Position numbers and translations under genes: made by a program. This document shows positions 57,008-64,000 of a DNA stretch of 64,000 bases, piece by piece; within the stretch, counting starts at the first letter, position 1; each line of letters opens with the position of its first letter. The notes below the pieces were generated by a model. The model was given only the letters and a program-made list of their open reading frames with translations. It did no database searches and was not told where the DNA came from. Source of the stretch: Candidatus Dormiibacterota bacterium (GTDB lineage: Bacteria > Chloroflexota > Dormibacteria > DASZGP01); NCBI GenBank assembly GCA_035938265.1, contig DASZHA010000058.1, positions 288-64,287 on the forward strand, in the 5' to 3' direction.

Positions 57008-58326
57008 ACCGCCTGACGCTGGTCCCGCGGCCCGCCCTGCTCCTGGCCCTGGTGGTTGGCGCCGGTATCGCCCTGACCGGCATTTTCGATGCCCGACTGC
57101 TGCTGCTGGCGGTCGCCTACCATGCCGGGCTGGCGGTGGCGGCGGCGGTCGACATCCTTCGCCTGCCCAACCGCCGTGCCTACACCGCGCAGCGGTCGGT
57201 GCCACAGCCCCTGGCGCTGGGCGTCGAGCAACCGGTCGAGCTCGCGGTCGAGCTCGAGGGCGGTAGCGGGCTGGCCATCGAGGTCGCCGACCACGTCCCC
57301 CTCGAGCTGCGCCCCAGCCGCCGCCTGCTCGGCGGCGAGGTCAAGGATGGCCGCTTCGAGGCCACCTATACCGTGCGCCCGCCGCACCGTGGCGCCTACG
57401 ACTTCGGTCCTATCGACATCCGCTGGGGACGCCGGCGGGGCCTGTGGCAGGTCCAGGTGCGCCACCCGGCGCAGCAGACCGTGGCCGTCTATCCCAACAT
57501 GCTCGCCATCCGCGAATACGAGCTGCGCCTGCGCCGGGGCATGCCCCTGATGGCCGGACTCAGACGTGCCCGACCGCCGGGCGCCACCACGGCCTTCGCC
57601 GGCCTGCGGGACTACGTCCGCGGCGACGAGCTGCGGCGCATCAGCTGGAAGGCGACGGCGCGGCGCGACTCGCCGGTGACCACAGTGGTGGAGGCTGACC
57701 GCGGTCAGCAGATGATCATCGCCATCGACTGCGCCCGACTGATGACGGCGCCGTCGGGCGACCTGAGCAAGCTCGACCACGCCGTCAACTCCGCCCTACT
57801 GCTGGCCTGGGTGGCGCAGAACCAGGGCGACCGGGTGGGTTTGCTGACCTTCGCCGACACCGTCCTCGACTGGCTCGGACCGCAGCGGGGCTCGACCCAG
57901 GTCGGCCGCATCAACCAGCGGCTTTACAGCGTGCCCGCGACCTACATGGAGGCCGACTTCGGCGCCGCCTTCGCCTACCTCGGTGGGCGCCTCAACCGGC
58001 GCTCGCTGGTGATCGTCCTGACCGACGTGCTCGACCCCGAGGCGTCGTCGGAGCTGGTCCGGCACGCCCTCCGGCTGTCGTCGCGGCACCTGGTGCTGGT
58101 GGTGGCACAATCCGACCCCGAGGTGCTGGCGGCACGCAACCGGCCGATCGACAACTCGGCGCGGGTCTACGAATGGGCCGCCGCCGAGGAGCTGCTGGCG
58201 GCGCGCCGGCGCAGCTTCGAGGTCCTCCGCCGGGGCGGCGTTCTCGGCCTCGACGTCCCCGCCGGCGAGCTCAGCGCCGGCCTGGTTGAGCGATACCTGG
58301 AGCTGAAGGAGCGCGCTCTGCTGTAG
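57004..58326 (+). CDS. DUF58 protein (vWA-like MoxR partner) with N-terminal TM helices
   Basis: '[47 protein letters not shown]' is the hallmark DUF58 region. The start is uncertain because only CTG codons (57004, 57013, 57019) or the GTG at 57052 are available in frame after the MoxR stop. Confidence 0.8.
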   Translation: MNRLTLVPRPALLLALVVGAGIALTGIFDARLLLLAVAYHAGLAVAAAVDILRLPNRRAYTAQRSVPQPLALGVEQPVELAVELEGGSGLAIEVADHVPLELRPSRRLLGGEVKDGRFEATYTVRPPHRGAYDFGPIDIRWGRRRGLWQVQVRHPAQQTVAVYPNMLAIREYELRLRRGMPLMAGLRRARPPGATTAFAGLRDYVRGDELRRISWKATARRDSPVTTVVEADRGQQMIIAIDCARLMTAPSGDLSKLDHAVNSALLLAWVAQNQGDRVGLLTFADTVLDWLGPQRGSTQVGRINQRLYSVPATYMEADFGAAFAYLGGRLNRRSLVIVLTDVLDPEASSELVRHALRLSSRHLVLVVAQSDPEVLAARNRPIDNSARVYEWAAAEELLAARRRSFEVLRRGGVLGLDVPAGELSAGLVERYLELKERALL

Positions 58327-59314
58327 CCCGGAGCAGGTCCAGGGTGGGCTCCCCGAGCTGGGGCCGCGCCCTGCGTCCAACCAGCAGCAGGTAGCCGTAC
58401 AGCAGAATGCCGGTGGCCACGCCGATCCCGACCTTGACCCCCAGTGGCGCCGACGAGGGGCTGATGTTGCCCTCGATGATGCCGGCGATCACCAGCAGCG
58501 GGGCCAGCCCGGCCAGCAGGACGAAAGCGCGACGGGTGGCCAGCACCAGCGCATCGCGGCGGCGGTGAGGCCCGGGGTAGACCAGGGCCCAACCCATCAT
58601 CAGGCCGGCGGCGCCGCTGGCCACGATGATCGACAGCTCCAGCACGCCGTGGCCGACCATGAACTCCAGCAGCCCGCCGTCGACGCCGTAGGCGCGGGTC
58701 AGGCCGAGGACGCCACCGATGTTGATGCCGTTGCCGACCAGCACGTAGACCGTGGGCAGCCCCGCCAAGGTGCCGAAGGCGAAGGCCAGGATGGCGACCT
58801 TGATGTTGTTGGTCATGATCCCGCTGGCCACCATGGGCCGCTCGTCGGGCGGGATGTCGGTCCAGAGCTGGTGGTGGTGGACCCGGTCGACGATGTCGGG
58901 TGGCACCAGGCTGTTGGCCGCCTCAGGGTTCTGCCAGACCACGAAGTAGGCCACGATCGCAGGCAGGAAGAGGAGGACGGCGGCCACGACGAAGTACTTC
59001 CACGTCGCCCGGAAGGTTCGTGGCAGGGTCTCCAGGTAGAAGGTGCGCAGCCGCCTCAGGATGCTGCCGCCCTCCCGGTAGAGCGCGCCATGGCCCCTCG
59101 CCACCAACCCGTTGAGGTACCGCGTCACAGGCTCGCCCGGCCAGTCGCGTTGGGCGCGGGCCAGGTCGGCGGTGGAGCGCCGGTACAGCGCGGCCAGGGA
59201 CATCACCTCGTCGGGTGTCAGGCCCACGAGCCGCGTGCCGGTGGCCCGGCGCAGCAGGGACTCCATCCGCTCCCACGATTCGTGGTGGCCGATGACGAAC
59301 TCGTCAGCACGCAT
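58271..59314 (-). CDS. SpoIIM-like (stage II sporulation protein M / DUF95 family) integral membrane protein
   Basis: The cytoplasmic N-terminus is '[18 protein letters not shown]...[20 protein letters not shown]'. It is followed by about 6 TM helices containing '[17 protein letters not shown]'. The 3' end overlaps the convergent DUF58 gene by 56 nt. Confidence 0.75.
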   Translation of the reverse strand: MRADEFVIGHHESWERMESLLRRATGTRLVGLTPDEVMSLAALYRRSTADLARAQRDWPGEPVTRYLNGLVARGHGALYREGGSILRRLRTFYLETLPRTFRATWKYFVVAAVLLFLPAIVAYFVVWQNPEAANSLVPPDIVDRVHHHQLWTDIPPDERPMVASGIMTNNIKVAILAFAFGTLAGLPTVYVLVGNGINIGGVLGLTRAYGVDGGLLEFMVGHGVLELSIIVASGAAGLMMGWALVYPGPHRRRDALVLATRRAFVLLAGLAPLLVIAGIIEGNISPSSAPLGVKVGIGVATGILLYGYLLLVGRRARPQLGEPTLDLLRATAERAPSAPGIAQPGRR

Positions 59315-59355
59315 GGCACATGTATACGGCTTTTAGCGCCGGCGGGAAATAGACT

Positions 59356-60300
59356 GTGTCCCTGATGCAACCGGGCGTGGCCGGCATGGATGGGCTGGTG
59401 GTCTCCACCCCCGAGAGGGTCACATTCGAGTACGAGCTGGCGGGGCTTGGCAGCCGCTTCCTGGCCCAGGCGATTGACGTCGTGCTGCTGCTGCTGGTGC
59501 TGATCGCCTTCACCATCATGGCGGCGGCGACGGGGTCCTTCGCCAGCGACTCCAACCTGGCGCTGCTGCTGGTCATCCTGTTCAGCTTCCTGGTCGTATT
59601 CGGCTACTTCCCGGTGTGCGAGGGTATCTGGTCGGGCCAGACGCTGGGCAAGCGGGCCCTGCGGATCAGAGTCCTGGGCGACAACGGCGCCCCGGTGACC
59701 GTCAGCCAGGTCGCCATCCGCAACCTTGTCCGGCTGGTCGATTTCATGCCGGCCTTCTACGGCGTAGGCATGATCACGATCTTCATCCAGGGCGGGGGCA
59801 AGCGCCTCGGCGACTTCGCCGCCGGCACGGTGGTGGCCCGCGAACGCGAGCGGCTCAAACTCAAGGACCTTGTGGCGCACGCGCAGGCCCGGAACGCTGC
59901 CCTGGCGGCGCCGGTCGCGGCCGCCCCGCACTCCATCTGGGCAGACCAGCAGGAAGCCGGCGAGGTTGCCACCGCCGGGGCGCAGCCCAACCCCACGCCG
60001 TCCGCGGCCGCGCCCCTGTCCAATCCCTATGTCGACGCGGTCCGGCGCATGGACCCGCAGATGCGCCGGTTTGTGGTTGCCTACGCCGGGCGGAGGATGG
60101 AACTGTCGCCGGCGCGCCGGCAGCAGCTGGCCGACCAGGTTGGGCCGGGGCTGGCCAGGTTGCTGCCGATCGAAACCGCCGCCTTCGGATCCGCCGCGGT
60201 GCTCGACGGCCTGGCCGCCCTCATCTACGCCGAGATGCAGTCGGAGCGGGCCCAGTACAGTGTCGCGCCGCCCAGCCCAATGCCTCCTCCCGGCCGTTGA
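59356..60300 (+). CDS. RDD-family membrane protein
   Basis: 'RFLAQAIDVVLLLLVLI', 'GQTLGKRALRIRVL' and 'RLGDFAAGTVVARE' are RDD-domain motifs. GTG start, with alternative ATGs at 59365 and 59386. Confidence 0.85.
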   Translation: MSLMQPGVAGMDGLVVSTPERVTFEYELAGLGSRFLAQAIDVVLLLLVLIAFTIMAAATGSFASDSNLALLLVILFSFLVVFGYFPVCEGIWSGQTLGKRALRIRVLGDNGAPVTVSQVAIRNLVRLVDFMPAFYGVGMITIFIQGGGKRLGDFAAGTVVARERERLKLKDLVAHAQARNAALAAPVAAAPHSIWADQQEAGEVATAGAQPNPTPSAAAPLSNPYVDAVRRMDPQMRRFVVAYAGRRMELSPARRQQLADQVGPGLARLLPIETAAFGSAAVLDGLAALIYAEMQSERAQYSVAPPSPMPPPGR

Positions 60301-60746
60301 GCCCAGACGTCCCTGTTCCCCCCGCCGCAGGCGGCTCCAGGGTGGTCGAGTGGCAGTGTCCGCACTGCGGCGCCCCGCTGGAGAGCGGCGAGGTGACCGA
60401 GTGTCGCTACTGCCACCAGGTCTTTGACCTCCCTGTCCGGACCAACACCGTGGTCCGCGAGGTCTACGTGCAGCAGGTCCCCGCCACGCGACGGACGCCG
60501 GCCGCCACCGCGGCGCTGGTGCTTGTGATCCTCAACGTCATCTTCTGCCCGGTCCTGTGCATCCCAGCCATCGTCCTCGCCCGCCTGGCGCGGACCGACG
60601 CGCGCAAGAACAACCTGAGTGGGGAAGGGCTGGCCACTGTAGCCGAGGTGATCGCCTGGATCGAAGTGGTGTTCCTCGTGTTCATCGGCATTGTCCTCGC
60701 CGGCAGCCTGGTCATCTGCGGGCCCAACGGCTGCAAGACGGCCTGA
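60297..60746 (+). CDS. Zinc-ribbon protein with a C-terminal two-helix membrane domain (DUF4190-like)
   Basis: 'CPHCGAPL...CRYCHQVF' is a CxxC...CxxC ribbon. The TM helices are 'ALVLVILNVIFCPVLCIPAIVLA' and 'VIAWIEVVFLVFIGIVLAGSLVI'. The TTG at 60297 overlaps the RDD stop, and a GTG at 60342 is an alternative. Confidence 0.6.
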   Translation: MSPDVPVPPAAGGSRVVEWQCPHCGAPLESGEVTECRYCHQVFDLPVRTNTVVREVYVQQVPATRRTPAATAALVLVILNVIFCPVLCIPAIVLARLARTDARKNNLSGEGLATVAEVIAWIEVVFLVFIGIVLAGSLVICGPNGCKTA

Positions 60747-60764
60747 CGTAATCTTTCTGCTCAC

Positions 60765-61910
60765 ATGAAGCTGCTGGAGTACCAGGCCAAGGAGCAGTTC
60801 CTCGCCGCCGGGATCCCGGTCAAGGAGGGGAAGGTGGCCCGGACCGTGGAGCAGGTGGTGGACGCCGCCAAGCTCCTGGGGCCGATCGCGGTCAAGGCGC
60901 AGGTCCCGATCGGCGGCCGTGGCAAGGCCGGCGGCATCAAGCTGGCCAAGACGCCCGAGGAGGCGAAGGCGGCCGCCGAGGCCATCCTGGGGATGGACAT
61001 CAAGGGCTACACCGTGCACGAGGTCTGGTGCGAGCAGGCCGCCGACGTGGCCCGCGAGATCTACCTCGGCGTCACCCTGGACCGTGATGCCCGGCGCCTG
61101 GTCATCATCCTGTCCGCCGCGGGTGGGATGGAGATCGAGGAGGTGGCCGCCACCTCGCCCGAGAAGATCGTCAAGTTCCACCCCCACCCCTGGTTCGGGG
61201 CCCACGGCTACGAGCTCCGGGCTATGTGCTTCGGGGCGGGGCTGGGGGACCTGGTGGGCAAGATCGCCCCGATCATGGACCGCCTCTACAAACTGGCCTT
61301 GAAGGTGGACGCCCTGACGTGCGAGGTCAACCCGCTGGCGGTCACCGCGGATGGCGACGTCATCGCCCTCGACGGCAAGCTGGAGATCGACGAGAACGCC
61401 GAGTTCCGCCACAAGGACCTGGAGAAGTACCGCAGCGAGGAGGAGGGCACCGGCGACCCCCTCGAGATCGAGGCCAAGAAGCGGGGTCTGACATACGTCC
61501 ACCTGGATGGCGATGTTGGCGTCCTGGGCAATGGCGCCGGCCTGGTGATGAACACCCTCGACCTGGTCAAGGCCGCCGGCGGCAGTCCCGCCAACTTCCT
61601 CGACATCGGCGGCGGGGCCAAGGCCGAGGTGGTCAAGAGCTCGCTGGAGATGATCCTGCTCGACCCCAACGTGAAGTCGATCTTCATCAACATCTTTGGC
61701 GGGATCACCCGTGGCGACGAGGTCGCGCGTGGGATCGTGGCGGCGCGCGACGAACTCGGCATCAGGGTGCCGCTGGTGGTGCGGATGACGGGCACGGCGG
61801 AGGAGGAGGGGCGCAGGATCCTCAGTGAGGCTGGCATCACCCCCGGGGTGAGCGCGCCCGAGGCGGCGGCCAAGGCCGTGGAGCTGGCCAGCGGCGGGGT
61901 CCCAGCGTGA
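60765..61910 (+). CDS. sucC: Succinyl-CoA synthetase (ADP-forming) beta subunit
   Basis: '[19 protein letters not shown]', '[19 protein letters not shown]' and '[14 protein letters not shown]' are canonical SucC motifs. Confidence 0.95.
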   Translation: MKLLEYQAKEQFLAAGIPVKEGKVARTVEQVVDAAKLLGPIAVKAQVPIGGRGKAGGIKLAKTPEEAKAAAEAILGMDIKGYTVHEVWCEQAADVAREIYLGVTLDRDARRLVIILSAAGGMEIEEVAATSPEKIVKFHPHPWFGAHGYELRAMCFGAGLGDLVGKIAPIMDRLYKLALKVDALTCEVNPLAVTADGDVIALDGKLEIDENAEFRHKDLEKYRSEEEGTGDPLEIEAKKRGLTYVHLDGDVGVLGNGAGLVMNTLDLVKAAGGSPANFLDIGGGAKAEVVKSSLEMILLDPNVKSIFINIFGGITRGDEVARGIVAARDELGIRVPLVVRMTGTAEEEGRRILSEAGITPGVSAPEAAAKAVELASGGVPA

Positions 61911-62797
61911 GCATCCTGATCGGCCGCGAAACCAAGCTCGTGGTGCAGGGTATGACCGGGCGCGAGGGGACGTTCCACACCGAGCAGATGCAGGCCTTCG
62001 GCACCAACGTCGTGGCCGGCGTCAGCCCCGGCAAAGGCGGCAGCACCCACCTGGACGTGCCTGTGTTCAATACCGTGGCCGACGCCCTCGACGCCACCGA
62101 GGCCAACACCGCCGCCGTCTTCGTGCCCCCGCCCTTCGCCGCCGACGCGATCATGGAGGCAGCCGACGCCGGGGTGGGACTGGTGGTGGCCATCACCGAG
62201 GGCATCCCGGTGCTCGACATGGTGCGGGTGACGTCGTTCATCCACGAGACGGTGGCCGAGCCCCGCCTGGTGGGAGGCAACTGCCCGGGGTTGATCTCCC
62301 CCGGGGAGAAGGCCAAGGTCGGCATCATCCCCAACCACATCGTGGCACCCGGCAACATCGGCGTGGTCTCGCGGTCGGGCACGCTGACCTACGAGATCCT
62401 GGCCGGCCTGAAGAACGCGGGCCTCGGGGTGTCGACCTGCGCCGGGATCGGCGGCGACCCCGTGCTCGGCCTCAGCTTCAAGGATGTCCTTGGGCTGTTC
62501 GCCAGCGACCCCGCGACCGAAGCGGTGGTCATGGCGGGGGAGATCGGGGGCTCCGACGAGGAGGCCGCCGCGGACCTCATCGCCTCCGGCTACCCCAAGC
62601 CGGTGTTCGGCTTCATCGCCGGCCGCAACGCCCCACCCGGCAAGCGCATGGGCCACGCCGGCGCCATCATCAGCGGCAACACGGGCTCCCCCCAGGGCAA
62701 GGTCGAGGCGCTCAACAAGGCCGGCGTGCCGGTGGCGGACACCATCGAGGAATTGATCGGGCTGGTCCGCGACAAAGCCGCCGTAACTTCCCACTAG
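61907..62797 (+). CDS. sucD: Succinyl-CoA synthetase alpha subunit
   Basis: '[17 protein letters not shown]', 'SRSGTLTYE' and 'MGHAGAII' (phospho-His loop). GTGA overlap with sucC. Confidence 0.95.
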   Translation: MSILIGRETKLVVQGMTGREGTFHTEQMQAFGTNVVAGVSPGKGGSTHLDVPVFNTVADALDATEANTAAVFVPPPFAADAIMEAADAGVGLVVAITEGIPVLDMVRVTSFIHETVAEPRLVGGNCPGLISPGEKAKVGIIPNHIVAPGNIGVVSRSGTLTYEILAGLKNAGLGVSTCAGIGGDPVLGLSFKDVLGLFASDPATEAVVMAGEIGGSDEEAAADLIASGYPKPVFGFIAGRNAPPGKRMGHAGAIISGNTGSPQGKVEALNKAGVPVADTIEELIGLVRDKAAVTSH

Positions 62798-63969
62798 TGC
62801 CCGCCGCGCCGGTCCTCAATACCCAGCTCGACCTCAGCGACGAGCAGCGCGCCGTCCGCGACCTGGCCCGGGAGCTGTGCGAGGGCGAGGTCAAGCCCCA
62901 CGCCGCGGAGTGGGACGAGAACCACCAGTTCCCCTACGAGCTGGTGGCCAAGATGGGGGACCTTGGCTTCTTCGGCCTCTCCATTCCCGAGGAGTACGGG
63001 GGCTCGGGCGCCGACTTCACCAGCCTCTGCCTGGCCATCGAGGAGCTGGCCCGGGGTGACGCCAGCGTGGCCATCACCCTGGAGGCAGCGGTGGGGCTGG
63101 GGATCTCGCCGATCCATCGCTTTGGCAACGAAACGCAGAAGCGCAAATACCTGCCTGACCTATGCGCCGGGAAGAAGCTCTGGGCCTTCGGCCTGACCGA
63201 GCCGCAGTCGGGGACCGACGCCGGTCGTACCCAGACGAGGGCCAGGCTGGACCAGGGCCAGTGGGTGATCAACGGGTCCAAGGCCTTCATCACCAACTCG
63301 GGCACCGACATCTCGCAGGGCGTCACCGTCAGCGCCGTGACCGGGGAGGCCGAGGGCGGTCGGATGCCGATCTCGACGATCATGGTCGAGAAGGGAACCC
63401 CCGGGTACGGCATCGACCCGCCCTACCGCAAGCTGGGGTGGCACGCCTCCGACACCCACGGACTCACCTTCGACGACTGCCGCGTCCCCGAGGAGAACCT
63501 GCTCGGCGAGCCGGGCAAGGGCTATGCCCAGTTCCTGTCGACGCTGGAAGCGGGACGAATCGCCATTGCGGCGCTTTCGGTGGGCTCGTCCCAGGCGTGC
63601 CTGGACGCATCGCTGGACTACGCCAAGGAGCGGCAGAGCTTCGGCGTCCCCATCTCCAAGCACCAGGCGATCCGGTTCAAGCTGGCCGACATGGCGATGG
63701 AGATCCACCTGTCACGGCTGGCCGTCTACCACGCCGCCAAGCTCTGGGACGAGGGCAAACCGTGCCACATGGAGGCCGCCGCCGCCAAGCTCTTCGCCTC
63801 CGAGACCAGCAAGCGGGCGGCCGACCAGGCGGTCCAGATCCATGGAGGAATGGGCTTCATGGAGGAGTCCCCTGTGGCTCGCTACTGGCGTGATGTCAAG
63901 GTCAACGAGATCGGAGAGGGCACCTCCGAAGTCCAGCGGATGCTGATCGCCAAGCAGCTCGGCGCCTGA
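62797..63969 (+). CDS. Acyl-CoA dehydrogenase
   Basis: 'AFGLTEPQSGTDA', 'GSKAFITNS', 'QIHGGMGFMEESPVARYWRDVKVNEIGEGTSEVQ' with the catalytic Glu region. The GTG overlaps the sucD stop by 1 nt. Confidence 0.9.
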   Translation: MPAAPVLNTQLDLSDEQRAVRDLARELCEGEVKPHAAEWDENHQFPYELVAKMGDLGFFGLSIPEEYGGSGADFTSLCLAIEELARGDASVAITLEAAVGLGISPIHRFGNETQKRKYLPDLCAGKKLWAFGLTEPQSGTDAGRTQTRARLDQGQWVINGSKAFITNSGTDISQGVTVSAVTGEAEGGRMPISTIMVEKGTPGYGIDPPYRKLGWHASDTHGLTFDDCRVPEENLLGEPGKGYAQFLSTLEAGRIAIAALSVGSSQACLDASLDYAKERQSFGVPISKHQAIRFKLADMAMEIHLSRLAVYHAAKLWDEGKPCHMEAAAAKLFASETSKRAADQAVQIHGGMGFMEESPVARYWRDVKVNEIGEGTSEVQRMLIAKQLGA

Positions 63970-64000
63970 GCGATACTGCGCCAGGGATTTGGCCAGCAAA

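Overview
This is a gene-dense chromosomal segment from a high-GC bacterium. Real genes show strongly G/C-biased third codon positions, and long antisense shadow ORFs are common. LPXTG-type sorting signals and an actinobacterial-style MoxR neighbourhood suggest a monoderm, Actinomycetota-like or related lineage, but this cannot be proven from the sequence alone. I support about 58 protein-coding genes.

Gene content:
- DNA repair and cofactor genes: polX and coaE.
- Many acyl-CoA and propionate-pathway enzymes: family III CoA-transferase, crotonase, 3-hydroxyacyl-CoA dehydrogenase, an ACS-like ligase, methylmalonyl-CoA epimerase, the large subunit of methylmalonyl-CoA mutase, an acyl-CoA carboxyltransferase, sucCD, an acyl-CoA dehydrogenase, and an EtfD-like membrane Fe-S oxidoreductase.
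- Nitrogen metabolism: glnA plus a second GS-like gene.
- Transport: three ABC transporter sets, an APC permease and an EamA transporter.
- Regulation and signalling: a WYL/YafY regulator, an ECF sigma/anti-sigma pair, a GAF-PucR regulator, a PP2C phosphatase, two Ser/Thr kinases and an HTH-adenylate cyclase.
- Two predicted wall-anchored secreted proteins.

I recognised no rRNA, tRNA, CRISPR array, transposase, integrase or phage genes. The window looks like core genome, not an accessory island.

Items most worth a second look:
1. A nine-gene MoxR/DUF58/DUF4129/DUF4350/SpoIIM-like/RDD envelope module of unknown function (52.1-60.7 kb).
2. A roughly 150-nt element closed by a perfect 27-bp inverted repeat, inside the unusually long glnA upstream region (31.1-31.25 kb).
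3. A palindrome (TTTGTGT-N5-ACACAAA) that occurs twice next to the PucR-type regulator.
4. A translationally coupled PP2C / Ser-Thr kinase / GS-like trio.
5. A Ser/Thr kinase with an extracellular six-bladed Kelch domain, embedded among propionate-pathway genes.

All family assignments come from motif recognition by eye. None has been checked against a database.
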